Source: Cryomorphaceae bacterium (GTDB lineage Bacteria > Bacteroidota > Bacteroidia > Flavobacteriales_D > SKUL01). Taken from it: DNA of 64,000 bases. The stretch's first letter is position 1. Every line of letters starts with the position of its first letter. Positions 47,998 through 57,081 of the stretch are shown here, piece after piece. The stretch spans positions 4,844-68,843 of the forward strand of contig REDV01000092.1 in assembly GCA_007695365.1 (NCBI GenBank), read 5' to 3'. The translations under genes were made by a program, and so were the position numbers. A model generated the notes under the pieces. It saw only the letters and a list, made by a program, of their open reading frames with translations, ran no database searches and was not told where the DNA came from.

Positions 47998-48033
47998 AAA
48001 AAACTCCGCAGCTTCCCTCTGCGGAGTTTTTTT
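47998..48033 (+). terminator. intrinsic terminator (A/T-flanked, potentially bidirectional)
   Basis: AAAAAACUCCGCAG-cuucccu-CUGCGGAGUUUUUUU. Confidence 0.85.
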
Positions 48034-48071
48034 GTACAAAAGCCGTATTTTCAGACCCAATTAACCAAACA

Positions 48072-49964
48072 ATGGGAGAGAAAAGCGTATCAACCAAAAC
48101 CTCCGCTGCGAGCCGTAAGCGGTTTCTGAAGTATCTGCTCAATGATGTAGAAGCACTGGATTACATGCTCCGCGAGGGCATGATTGAATCGGGTGTGCAA
48201 CGCATCGGTGCCGAGCAGGAATTTGCGCTGGTTGATAAATACTTCAAGCCATCCAAAAACGGTCTCGAAATTCTTCAACGCGTGAATGACCCGCATTTCA
48301 CCACGGAATTGGCTCGGTACAATCTCGAGATCAACCTGGACCCATTTGATTTGCAGGGTAAATGCTTTTCCAAAATGGAGCGGCAGTTGCGAACGTTACT
48401 CAACAAGGCCGATGATATTGCTGGCAAGTTCAATGACCACGTAATACTTACCGGAATCTTGCCTTCCATTGATATCAGATCGGTACAGATGGATTTTATG
48501 ACTCCCAACCCCAGGTATTATGCCTTGGGAGATATCATTAAAGAGCTTCGTGGTCAGGATTTTGAGTTGAATATACTCGGTGTGGATGAGCTTATTCTTG
48601 CACATACCAACATTCTGTTTGAGGCTTGTAATACCAGCTTTCAGTGCCATTTGCAGGTAAGTCCCGAAGAATTTGTAGATCGCTACAACTGGGCTCAGAT
48701 GATTTCGGGTCCGGTGATGGCTATGGCGGCTAACTCACCTTTGCTCTTTGGTCGTCAGCTCTGGAGCGAAACACGTATTGCACTCTTTCAACAGAGCATA
48801 GATATGCGAAGTAAGGGTTATCACCTTCGTGAGCGGCAGCAGCGCGTTTCATTTGGTAACGACTGGATATCAAGCGTAACCGATATTTATAAAGACGATA
48901 TCGCTCGCTTTACGCTGATATTGACCAATATGGCTGAAGAGGACTCGCTTAAAAAGCTGAGAAACGGTGAAATTCCAACCCTGAGCGCCCTGCGATTGCA
49001 CAACGGAACCATCTGGAAGTGGAACCGCCCCTGTTATGGAGTGGGTGGCGGAGTGCCCCATCTCAGGATTGAAAACAGGTACATTCCTTCCGGCCCCACC
49101 GTAATCGATGAAATGGCCAACTTTGCTTTTTGGGTGGGCTTGATGCAAAACATGCCCAATGAGCTGAAAGGAAACTGGCACAATCTGGATTTTGAAGATG
49201 CCAAAGAGAATTTCTACAAAGCCTGCACAACCGGAATCCAAAGCGGTATGGTGTGGAATGGGAAAATCGTAGCTACCAAACAGCTTGTACTGGATGAGCT
49301 TGTACCAATGGCCCGCGAAGGACTCCGGAAAACGGGTATCGATATGGATGACATTGATCGATATCTTCAGGTAATCAGCGAGAGGGCAGAGGCCGGCCAA
49401 AACGGTAGCCGCTGGATGGTAAAGAGCTTTAGAAAGCTGAAAAAAGAATTTGGCCGCGATGAGGCCATGGTAAAACTTACCGCTGCCATGCACAAACAGC
49501 GCCTGACCAAAAAGCCGGTGCACACCTGGAAAACCGCCGATGCTGCAGCTGTGCGCAAAATAGACATGCAATACGACTGCGTGCTCAATGTAATGACCAC
49601 CGACATCATCAGCGTGCAGGAAACCGACCTCGTAGATTTGGTTGCCAGCATCATGGAGTGGAGGAATATTCGCCATATACCGGTAGAAAGCGCCCGGGGT
49701 GAACTGAAGGGAATTATTACGCGCAAACATATTGAGCAATACAATAGTGATCCCAAACGGAAAAAGATGGCCATAGCTGCCGATATCATGCAAACCAAAA
49801 TCACCTCGGTAGAACCTGAAGCTGACGTGAAATACGCCATGCTTCTGATGATAGATGAAAAAATCAGTTCTTTGCCCGTGGTTAGCAATGGCCAGTTGGT
49901 TGGGCTGCTTACCGATTCGGATACTGTTGATTTGTGGGACAAACTAAAGAACAGAAAGGGGTAG
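48072..49964 (+). CDS. glutamate-cysteine ligase family 2 (GCS2, carboxylate-amine ligase) protein fused to a C-terminal CBS pair
   Basis: Start placed after the terminator, at MGEKSVSTK. The GAEQEFALVD motif of the GCS2/COG2170 type is present. The C-terminal part has two CBS-like motifs (VMTTDIISV...IPV, IMQTKITSV...LPVV). Confidence 0.75.
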   Translation: MGEKSVSTKTSAASRKRFLKYLLNDVEALDYMLREGMIESGVQRIGAEQEFALVDKYFKPSKNGLEILQRVNDPHFTTELARYNLEINLDPFDLQGKCFSKMERQLRTLLNKADDIAGKFNDHVILTGILPSIDIRSVQMDFMTPNPRYYALGDIIKELRGQDFELNILGVDELILAHTNILFEACNTSFQCHLQVSPEEFVDRYNWAQMISGPVMAMAANSPLLFGRQLWSETRIALFQQSIDMRSKGYHLRERQQRVSFGNDWISSVTDIYKDDIARFTLILTNMAEEDSLKKLRNGEIPTLSALRLHNGTIWKWNRPCYGVGGGVPHLRIENRYIPSGPTVIDEMANFAFWVGLMQNMPNELKGNWHNLDFEDAKENFYKACTTGIQSGMVWNGKIVATKQLVLDELVPMAREGLRKTGIDMDDIDRYLQVISERAEAGQNGSRWMVKSFRKLKKEFGRDEAMVKLTAAMHKQRLTKKPVHTWKTADAAAVRKIDMQYDCVLNVMTTDIISVQETDLVDLVASIMEWRNIRHIPVESARGELKGIITRKHIEQYNSDPKRKKMAIAADIMQTKITSVEPEADVKYAMLLMIDEKISSLPVVSNGQLVGLLTDSDTVDLWDKLKNRKG

Positions 49965-49978
49965 CGAAGGGTGCCGGA

Positions 49979-51106
49979 ATGACTGGGGAGCGAGTGAATG
50001 ACCGGCTTATTTTTTCGCGAAACACCTTGCAAACACACCCCACGGTGGTTTTCTTCGCCGGAATTCACGGTAACGAACCCGCTGGTGTGCTGGCGCTGGA
50101 GCGAATCGCGAATTGGCTTCCGGATGAGGTACAAGGAAACATTTATGCATTTCGCGGTAACCTGAGAGGACTGGCCCAAAAGCGCCGTTTTGTGCGCTAC
50201 GACCTGAACCGGATATGGGGGCAGGAGCAGTTCAATATTGTGAGAAATGCCCCGATTGAAGAACTTGAGGATGAGCTTTTAGAACTGCGCGAACTGCTCA
50301 ATGAAATTGACGCCATTCTGCATAAGCACGGAAAAAGGCCTGTGGTTTTTATGGACTTACACACCACTTCTGCAAAGAGTTGTTCCTTTCTTCCTTTTAA
50401 TGACGCTTTGATGAACCGGGCTATTGCAGAGCGTTTCCCGGTACCGCTGATTTTGGGTATCGAGGAGTTCTTGGACGGTGCTCTCATGAGTTACATCAAC
50501 GACCTGAACCATCCGGCCCTTGCTTTTGAAGGCGGTCAGCACGATGACCCCGCGGCCATTGATCAGCATGAGGCATTTGCAAAACTGACGCTTCACCACC
50601 TCAAGATATTTCAGCTGGACACAACTGAAAAAGCGAAATGCGAAGCATTGCTTACACCTCCACCCAAGGTTCAAACAGGTTTTTATGAGATTTTGCATAG
50701 ACACCTGATACCCACCGGTGCAGAGTTCATCATGGAGCCTGGCTATGAGAACTTCGATTTCGTGGAACTCGATGAAGCATTGGCCACGCAGGACGGCCGT
50801 GTTGTTTCGGCACCCGTTTCGGGTCAGATTTTCTTACCGCTCTATCAGCCCGTGGGAGAGGATGGCTTTTTTATAGGGAGACCTGTTTCGGCGATTTGGT
50901 TGCGCCTTTCAGCCCGACTCAGAAAATGGCGCTTTCAGCGCGTTTTGGCAGCATTGCCGGGAATCTCACCGCACCCCACACGCCCCAGGTGCTACCTCGT
51001 AAATCACCGCGTCACCCGAATTTTGAGTAGGGAAATCTTTCACCTGCTGGGATTTCGAATCAAGCAACTGGAGGCAGAAAGATGGTTGTTGATACAGCGG
51101 GATTGA
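49979..51106 (+). CDS. succinylglutamate desuccinylase/aspartoacylase (AstE/AspA, M14-like) family protein
   Basis: FFAGIHGNEPAG zinc-binding HxxE motif. DLHTT. Starts 15 nt after the ligase stop. Confidence 0.78.
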   Translation: MTGERVNDRLIFSRNTLQTHPTVVFFAGIHGNEPAGVLALERIANWLPDEVQGNIYAFRGNLRGLAQKRRFVRYDLNRIWGQEQFNIVRNAPIEELEDELLELRELLNEIDAILHKHGKRPVVFMDLHTTSAKSCSFLPFNDALMNRAIAERFPVPLILGIEEFLDGALMSYINDLNHPALAFEGGQHDDPAAIDQHEAFAKLTLHHLKIFQLDTTEKAKCEALLTPPPKVQTGFYEILHRHLIPTGAEFIMEPGYENFDFVELDEALATQDGRVVSAPVSGQIFLPLYQPVGEDGFFIGRPVSAIWLRLSARLRKWRFQRVLAALPGISPHPTRPRCYLVNHRVTRILSREIFHLLGFRIKQLEAERWLLIQRD

Positions 51107-51198
51107 TGCGGCGTTCAGACAGCTTTGCTCTGCTTTGCGAGTGCCCAAATTTTTGTTTTTTTACGCGGTGTTTGGCGAAACCGCGACACCTCTGAAAC

Positions 51199-52644
51199 AT
51201 GCTGTTTAACTCTTTTGATTTTGCCGTATTTCTGCCTCTGGTGTTCCTTCTTTACTGGGCCATCAAGCCCTTCGGCATCAGGCTGCAAAACATTTTTCTT
51301 GTAAGTGTTAGCTACTTGTTTTACGGCTGGTGGGATTGGCGCTTTTTGGGTCTCATCATTTTCAGTACGCTGATTGATTATGCCGTGGGCCGCGCACTTG
51401 CGGGCGAGTTGAAGCAAACCAAACGCACAACTCTTCTCTGGCTGAGCATTATCGTTAACCTCGGGTTTTTGGGCTTTTTCAAATACTTCAACTTCTTTCT
51501 GGATAACTTCACTACTGCTTTCACCTTTTTTGGGGGCGAAGTGTCTGTGCGAGCCTTGAATATCGTTTTGCCGGTAGGTATCAGTTTCTACACCTTTCAA
51601 ACTCTTAGCTACACCATTGACGTGTACAAGCGCAAGCTTGAGCCTACCAAAGATGTGGTTGCTTTTGCAGCTTATGTCAGCTTTTTTCCACAGTTGGTTG
51701 CAGGCCCCATCGAACGTGCTACCCAGCTGCTGCCACAGTTCTATAAAAGGCGATCATTCAATTATGGGGCAGCTACCGATGGCATGCGTCAAATTCTGTG
51801 GGGCCTTTTTAAGAAAATGGTGATTGCCGATAACTGCGCTGTATTTGCGGATATGGCATTCACCCAAGGTCAGGATCATAGCGGCAGCACTCTGTTTCTT
51901 GGCGCCGTTTTCTTTGCTTTTCAGATTTATGGCGATTTCTCGGGCTATTCAGATATTGCCATTGGAACAGCGCGGTTGTTTGGTTTCAACCTCATGCAGA
52001 ACTTTGCTTTTCCGTATTTCAGCAGAGATATTGCCGAGTTTTGGCGGAGGTGGCACATATCCCTTTCAACCTGGTTTCGGGATTATCTATACATCCCTCT
52101 TGGAGGTAGTAAGGGAGGGCGATTGCTCAATATTCGTAATATTTTTATCATATTCATAGTGAGTGGCTTTTGGCACGGTGCCAACTGGACATTTATTGCT
52201 TGGGGAGCCCTGAACGCCATGTTTTTTCTGCCTCTATTCATCCTGAACAGGAACAGAAGAAATCTGGAAGCGGTTGCCCCGGGTAAGTGGTTTCCTTCTA
52301 TCCGTGATGGTTTCAGCATATTGGGGACTTTCTCCCTGACTTGCCTGGCATGGGTTTTCTTTCGGGCGGAGGATGTTTCACATGCAATTGGATACGTTTC
52401 AAACGTTTTTTCATGGTCATTTTTCAACCTTCCGGAGTTGTCCCAAAAGGATATTGTGATTCTTGGGTTGATTGCCCTTTTGTTGGGCATAGAATGGAAG
52501 GGACGCACTGACCAATACGGGTTTCAAACCATTGGGCGTGCATGGCCGGTACCACTGCGATGGAGCTTGTACCTCGCCCTTTTGTTTGTTGTGGTGATGT
52601 TTCATCGCACGGAAGAAACTCCGTTTATTTACTTCCAATTCTAG
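51199..52644 (+). CDS. MBOAT family O-acyltransferase (AlgI/DltB-like)
   Basis: MLFNSFDFAVFLPLV..., and the conserved RRWHISLSTWFRDYLYIPLGG with a catalytic His. Polytopic. Confidence 0.9.
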   Translation: MLFNSFDFAVFLPLVFLLYWAIKPFGIRLQNIFLVSVSYLFYGWWDWRFLGLIIFSTLIDYAVGRALAGELKQTKRTTLLWLSIIVNLGFLGFFKYFNFFLDNFTTAFTFFGGEVSVRALNIVLPVGISFYTFQTLSYTIDVYKRKLEPTKDVVAFAAYVSFFPQLVAGPIERATQLLPQFYKRRSFNYGAATDGMRQILWGLFKKMVIADNCAVFADMAFTQGQDHSGSTLFLGAVFFAFQIYGDFSGYSDIAIGTARLFGFNLMQNFAFPYFSRDIAEFWRRWHISLSTWFRDYLYIPLGGSKGGRLLNIRNIFIIFIVSGFWHGANWTFIAWGALNAMFFLPLFILNRNRRNLEAVAPGKWFPSIRDGFSILGTFSLTCLAWVFFRAEDVSHAIGYVSNVFSWSFFNLPELSQKDIVILGLIALLLGIEWKGRTDQYGFQTIGRAWPVPLRWSLYLALLFVVVMFHRTEETPFIYFQF

Positions 52645-52648
52645 CCTA

Positions 52649-53614
52649 ATGAAGAGATTTCTTACTCGATTGGCTGTTTTTTCTGCTGTGGCAATTCCAG
52701 GATATGTTTTGGCGGTATGTATTTGGGGGCTCATAGCTCCTTTGGTACTCCGCCCAAACTTACCCTATCTTAAAGGGGTAGCTGGTTTCACGCACACCCG
52801 CACACATGAAATTCTGGATTATGGAAAAGTAGATGTTTTGGTGTTGGGATCGTCCAGGGCTTTCAGAGGGTTTGACACCCGAATCTTTGAGCAAAGAGGC
52901 ATACGAATGTTCAATTTGGGAACAACGGGCCAAGCTCCTGTAGGGTCACTGATGCTTGCTAAACAATATATGCACAAGGTGGATCCGGATCTGGTGATTA
53001 TTGAAATTGGGAATGAAACTTTTACCTCGGATGGTGTTGAATCAGGCCTGGACTTACTTACCAATAACAAAATAGATTGGCATTCGCTGGTTTTGACTTT
53101 AGAGGTAAATCATGTGAAACTGTACAATACATTCATATACTCACTATTCAGGCAGATTCTCAACTTGGACAAAGACTACGTTGAACCGAAGAAAAAAGAT
53201 GGCCGTAAATATGTGTCCGGTGGCTACATAGAGGCGGAGATTGTTCACCATACTCCGTCAAAATACCCCAAAGAAAGAGTTCGAAAACTTTCCAAACTGC
53301 AAAAAAGGTCTTTACAGGATCTGGTTCATTGGCTTGAGGACCAAGAGAAAAGTGTTCTGCTTGTTGAAGTGCCTACGGCTTCGGACCGATACAGAACATT
53401 CGGTAATCACGATGAATTCACCAATTTTCTGGAGAACACGGCCCCTTTCGTGAGCTTCCTTAAAAACCTGAATTTGAATGATTCTTTGCACTTTAGCGAT
53501 GCCAGTCACCTCAATCAATATGGGACTGAAGTTTTCAACAAGGCATTGATTAATTGGCTGACGGATCATGGTTGGCTTTCTGAAACGGAAGGGGAGTTAC
53601 CTGTATCTGATTAA
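52649..53614 (+). CDS. membrane-anchored SGNH/DltD-like protein, putative partner of the MBOAT
   Basis: N-terminal TM helix. VLVLGSSRAF (block I Ser) and a C-terminal FSDASHLN (DxxH block V). Confidence 0.5.
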   Translation: MKRFLTRLAVFSAVAIPGYVLAVCIWGLIAPLVLRPNLPYLKGVAGFTHTRTHEILDYGKVDVLVLGSSRAFRGFDTRIFEQRGIRMFNLGTTGQAPVGSLMLAKQYMHKVDPDLVIIEIGNETFTSDGVESGLDLLTNNKIDWHSLVLTLEVNHVKLYNTFIYSLFRQILNLDKDYVEPKKKDGRKYVSGGYIEAEIVHHTPSKYPKERVRKLSKLQKRSLQDLVHWLEDQEKSVLLVEVPTASDRYRTFGNHDEFTNFLENTAPFVSFLKNLNLNDSLHFSDASHLNQYGTEVFNKALINWLTDHGWLSETEGELPVSD

Positions 53615-53626
53615 GTATCTCCCAAA

Positions 53627-53662
53627 CAAAAACCCGTCACCAAACGGCAACGGGTTTTAAAA
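53627..53662. terminator. bidirectional intrinsic terminator between convergent genes
   Basis: AAAAACCCGU-12 nt loop-ACGGGUUUUAAAA. Confidence 0.65.
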
Positions 53663-53680
53663 TCGTTTCGAATATGTTGA

Positions 53681-54313
53681 TTAGTGAGCAGCCAGGTACT
53701 CAGCCACTCCTTGGTGGTCTGCCTTCATACCTTCGGCGCCTTCTGACCAGTTAGCCGGGCAAACCTCTCCTTTGGCTTCAAAGAACTGCAGTGCGTCAAC
53801 CATACGCATGGCTTCATCTACATTGCGTCCAAGCGGAAAGTTGTTTACAATCTGATGCTGAACCACACCTTCTTTGTCAATAAGGAAGAGGCCGCGGTAG
53901 GCAATCATCGGGCCGGTAGCCACCAATTCGCCTTCAACGCCATAATCGTACTGGCCTGCCAGTACACCAAATGCGTCGCTAATGGTTTTTGAAGTGTCGG
54001 CAACAATCGGGTAGGTTACACCCTGAATACCACCATCTGCCTTAGGCATTTGAAGCCATCCCCAGTGTGATTCTTCGGTGTCGGTAGAGCAGGCTACAAC
54101 AGCTACACCCTTGCTTTCAAATTCAGCCAATCGCGACTGAAAAGCGTGCAATTCGGTAGGGCACACAAAAGTAAAATCCTTGGGGTAGAAGAAGAAGATT
54201 ACGTGTCGCTTTCCAATAAACTGATCGAGTGAAAAATCACTGACAATCTCCTCACCATTGATAACGGCTGAAGCCTTGAATGATGGCGCTTTTTTTCCTA
54301 CAAGTACTGACAT
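53681..54313 (-). CDS. 2-Cys peroxiredoxin (AhpC/Tsa family)
   Basis: FFFYPKDFTFVCPTE peroxidatic Cys, and a resolving Cys in GEVCPANW. Confidence 0.92.
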   Translation of the reverse strand: MSVLVGKKAPSFKASAVINGEEIVSDFSLDQFIGKRHVIFFFYPKDFTFVCPTELHAFQSRLAEFESKGVAVVACSTDTEESHWGWLQMPKADGGIQGVTYPIVADTSKTISDAFGVLAGQYDYGVEGELVATGPMIAYRGLFLIDKEGVVQHQIVNNFPLGRNVDEAMRMVDALQFFEAKGEVCPANWSEGAEGMKADHQGVAEYLAAH

Positions 54314-54459
54314 GGTGTTTTATGTTTTGGGTTTTAAAATTTTCTTGTTGAGCGGCAAAAGTAGCTATTCAACGCAAGCGTGCACTCGCTTTTTCATGGT
54401 AATTAATGATGGCTTCATAGCTTGTTATTATGAAGGCCGCGGCCGTAGGAAACAAACTT

Positions 54460-55239
54460 CTAGGACGCAAGCAGAGCCAACCCGAATCCTGCGAGAATCA
54501 CCACCATTTTATACAGGTTGAAGCGGTGGTTTTCGCCGGTTTCAAAGAGGATGGTTGTAGATAAATGAAGGATGATACCTCCGGCGAGCGCAAGAATTCT
54601 GGAAAAAACAACCATATCCTGGCCGTTGTTGCTGATTAGCGGGCTTACCAAAATACCAATTGGCGCGGAAGCCGCAAAAATGAAAAGAAACAATATGGTT
54701 TTAGCCCTGGACATTTTCAACCCCAACATCATCCCTACCAATGCTATGGTAATAGGAATATTGTGAATCACAATACCCCAAAGGTAGCCCTGATGACTGT
54801 GGTGGTGATGGTGATGACCGTGGTTGTGCATGTGATCGTGCGCATGATGGAGTTGCTCATCAAAGCCTAGCGGCAGACTTTCCGTAAAGGCGTGAATACA
54901 CAGGCTCAATAGCATGGTCCAAGTGATGGCCTTTCCGTGCTCATGTTCGTGATGCTGGGCCGGGTGGTGCACATGTCCGTGCTCTATTCCTCCACTGAAA
55001 TAGTCAAGAATAATCTGAAGTAAAAAACCGGCAATTACGAACACTCCAACCTGCGCACCGCCCAATTCGTAAGCTTCCGGAAGAATATGCATCACGGTAA
55101 TTCCCAAGAGCAGTGCCCCGCTAAACGCAAGCAGCATTTTCAGGTAGGGCTTCATCAATTTAGGGAAGGCAATTACCAATAGCCCGACAGTCATCGCCGA
55201 GAAAAACAGAATGAGAATACGTTCGAGGCTTTCGGTCAT
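54460..55239 (-). CDS. ZIP family metal transporter with two His-rich loops
   Basis: Polytopic. HGHVHHPAQHHEHEHG and HHAHDHMHNHGHHHHHHSH. The ZIP signature HNIP is present. Confidence 0.85.
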   Translation of the reverse strand: MTESLERILILFFSAMTVGLLVIAFPKLMKPYLKMLLAFSGALLLGITVMHILPEAYELGGAQVGVFVIAGFLLQIILDYFSGGIEHGHVHHPAQHHEHEHGKAITWTMLLSLCIHAFTESLPLGFDEQLHHAHDHMHNHGHHHHHHSHQGYLWGIVIHNIPITIALVGMMLGLKMSRAKTILFLFIFAASAPIGILVSPLISNNGQDMVVFSRILALAGGIILHLSTTILFETGENHRFNLYKMVVILAGFGLALLAS

Positions 55240-55973
55240 TTTTTACGTGTTGTAATGATCAGTCGGTCTGAATGATGCGTGTCAAATGGCTCAAACTGAT
55301 AGGAGCCATAGACTGATTCCGGAATGAGATTGGATTCTTCAAACATGCTGAAAAGCATTTCCTTAGAGAATGCCTGTACCCGCTCCTCAAATTGAAGTTC
55401 GGGGTTGTTGTTGATACGGATACGTTTCACTATTTCACCGTTCTCTACACTTCGGCTTATGTCAAAGTGGTTGTTGTCAACAATTTTTGTTTCGTTGGGG
55501 GTGAGCTCGTTCATCACCTTTTCAGCATTCATGAAATCCAGTACAAAAATACCCTCCGGCAAAAGCATGGAATGTACAGCTTGCAGCACCTGGAGGTTGT
55601 CATTCAGTTCTTTAAAGTATCCGAAGCTCGTAAATAAGTTGAGAATCAAATCAAATTGTAAACCACGCAGCGGTTCGCGCATATCGTGTTGAATAAATTG
55701 TAAATCGGCTCGGCCGTACTCACTGGCTGCAGCAATATTGGCCGCGCTCAGGTCAATCCCCACCACATCGTATCCAAGTTCGTTAAGCATAATACAATGG
55801 CGGCCTTTACCACAACCCAGGTCCAACACTTTTTTGCCCTGAGGTAGTTTCAATACGTCCATCAGGTGGTGCACAAAGCGGCCTGCCTCCGACCGGTCAC
55901 GATTCCGGTAAAGGATGTGGTAGTAGGGCGAGTCAAACCAATGCTTGAACCAGGAAGTCTGAGAAGTTGACAT
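55236..55973 (-). CDS. class I SAM-dependent methyltransferase
   Basis: VLDLGCGKGRH motif I. Start moved to MSTSQTSWF. Confidence 0.8.
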   Translation of the reverse strand: MSTSQTSWFKHWFDSPYYHILYRNRDRSEAGRFVHHLMDVLKLPQGKKVLDLGCGKGRHCIMLNELGYDVVGIDLSAANIAAASEYGRADLQFIQHDMREPLRGLQFDLILNLFTSFGYFKELNDNLQVLQAVHSMLLPEGIFVLDFMNAEKVMNELTPNETKIVDNNHFDISRSVENGEIVKRIRINNNPELQFEERVQAFSKEMLFSMFEESNLIPESVYGSYQFEPFDTHHSDRLIITTRKK

Positions 55974-56111
55974 GAAATTGCGATGGGGTCGCAAATATAC
56001 GGCAATGCCATCACAATGCTTACCTCGCTATTAACACGGAGCCATGAAAATGTTTTTTCCGCGTGTAGGTCGCAATTGCTGTGCCTTGTTATCTTTGTGA
56101 GAAACCAACCC

Positions 56112-56669
56112 ATGAGCGGACACCTGGAGATATACGACCTGTACGAGAAGCTTGAAAGGAAAAACATTATGATCTCTTTCAAGGGAGAGCTGACCAGCCA
56201 ATTGATGGAGTCTATTCTTACGGTGGTTGAGCGAAAACTTGAGGGCTTTAGTGAAAGTGCTTCTACGCGAAAAAAGGTGTTCAACGTATTGGTTGAGTTG
56301 CTTCAGAACCTTTATCACCATCGCGGAGTTTCTCCGCTTGCAAGGGCATCGGGTTTTAGCGATGGCGATTCGGTAATCATTATGATTGCTCGTAATGCTA
56401 CAGGTTATTCCATTATTACCGGCAATTTCATCAACAATCATGATGTAGAACGTCTCAAACTTCGTTTGGAAGAGATCAACTCAATGGGGGCAGAAGAGCT
56501 CAAGAATTTTTACAAGCAGGTTCTGAGCAATGGTACTATCAGTCAAAAAGGAGGTGCCGGCCTCGGAATGATTGATGTCGCCCGAAAATCGAAGGATAAG
56601 CTGGAATACGGCTTTATCCCCTTTGATGAAAACCATTCATTTTTCAGCTTGAACGTTAAAGTCGCATAA
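56112..56669 (+). CDS. SiaB-like GHKL-type protein kinase (partner-switch kinase)
   Basis: Start at MSGHLEIYDLYEKL. A C-terminal KGGAGLGMIDVARKS ATP-lid-like motif. Sits immediately upstream of a DUF1987 gene, as in SiaB/SiaC pairs. Confidence 0.6.
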   Translation: MSGHLEIYDLYEKLERKNIMISFKGELTSQLMESILTVVERKLEGFSESASTRKKVFNVLVELLQNLYHHRGVSPLARASGFSDGDSVIIMIARNATGYSIITGNFINNHDVERLKLRLEEINSMGAEELKNFYKQVLSNGTISQKGGAGLGMIDVARKSKDKLEYGFIPFDENHSFFSLNVKVA

Positions 56670-56679
56670 TCAGTTAGCC

Positions 56680-57063
56680 ATGGAAAACATCACCTTAGAA
56701 GGATCTACCAAAACTCCGTCGGTTCAGTTTGACGCAACAAAAGGCTCGCTCGCTATTCGCGGCCGTTCCATTCCGGAGAACTCTATTGAATTCTACTCCC
56801 CTTTGCTCGATTGGATAGACACTTACGGAACTAATGCCAAGAACCCCACGGTAGTTATTATTCAGCTTGAATATTTTAACACAAGCTCGTCCAAGTGTAT
56901 TCTGGATATATTCAAAAGGCTTGAGAAAATACGATCTCAAGGAAACGAGGTGCTCGTGAAATGGCACTATGAAGCCGACGATGAGGATATGCTGGAAGCC
57001 GGCGAAGACTATCAGGCCATAATTAGCTTGCCTTTTGAAATGATTGAAGTAGAGGAGGCCTAA
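56680..57063 (+). CDS. DUF1987 (SiaC-like) regulatory protein
   Basis: MENITLEGSTKTPSVQFDATKGSLAIRGRSIPENSIEFYSPLLDWI...YFNTSSSK is the characteristic DUF1987 pattern. Confidence 0.75.
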   Translation: MENITLEGSTKTPSVQFDATKGSLAIRGRSIPENSIEFYSPLLDWIDTYGTNAKNPTVVIIQLEYFNTSSSKCILDIFKRLEKIRSQGNEVLVKWHYEADDEDMLEAGEDYQAIISLPFEMIEVEEA

Positions 57064-57081
57064 GCAAGCGCCTCATAGGTT

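Noticed and set aside
48870-50179. Long minus-strand ORFs 48870..49793 (307 aa) and 49367..50179 (270 aa)
   Set aside because: Both are antisense to the well-supported GCS2-CBS ligase and AstE-like genes. They show no motifs and have hydrophobic, low-complexity shadow composition.
51115-51600. Minus-strand ORF of 161 aa at the MBOAT 5' end
   Set aside because: It is antisense to the MBOAT N-terminus (MLFNSFDFAVFLPLV...), which is strongly family-typical.
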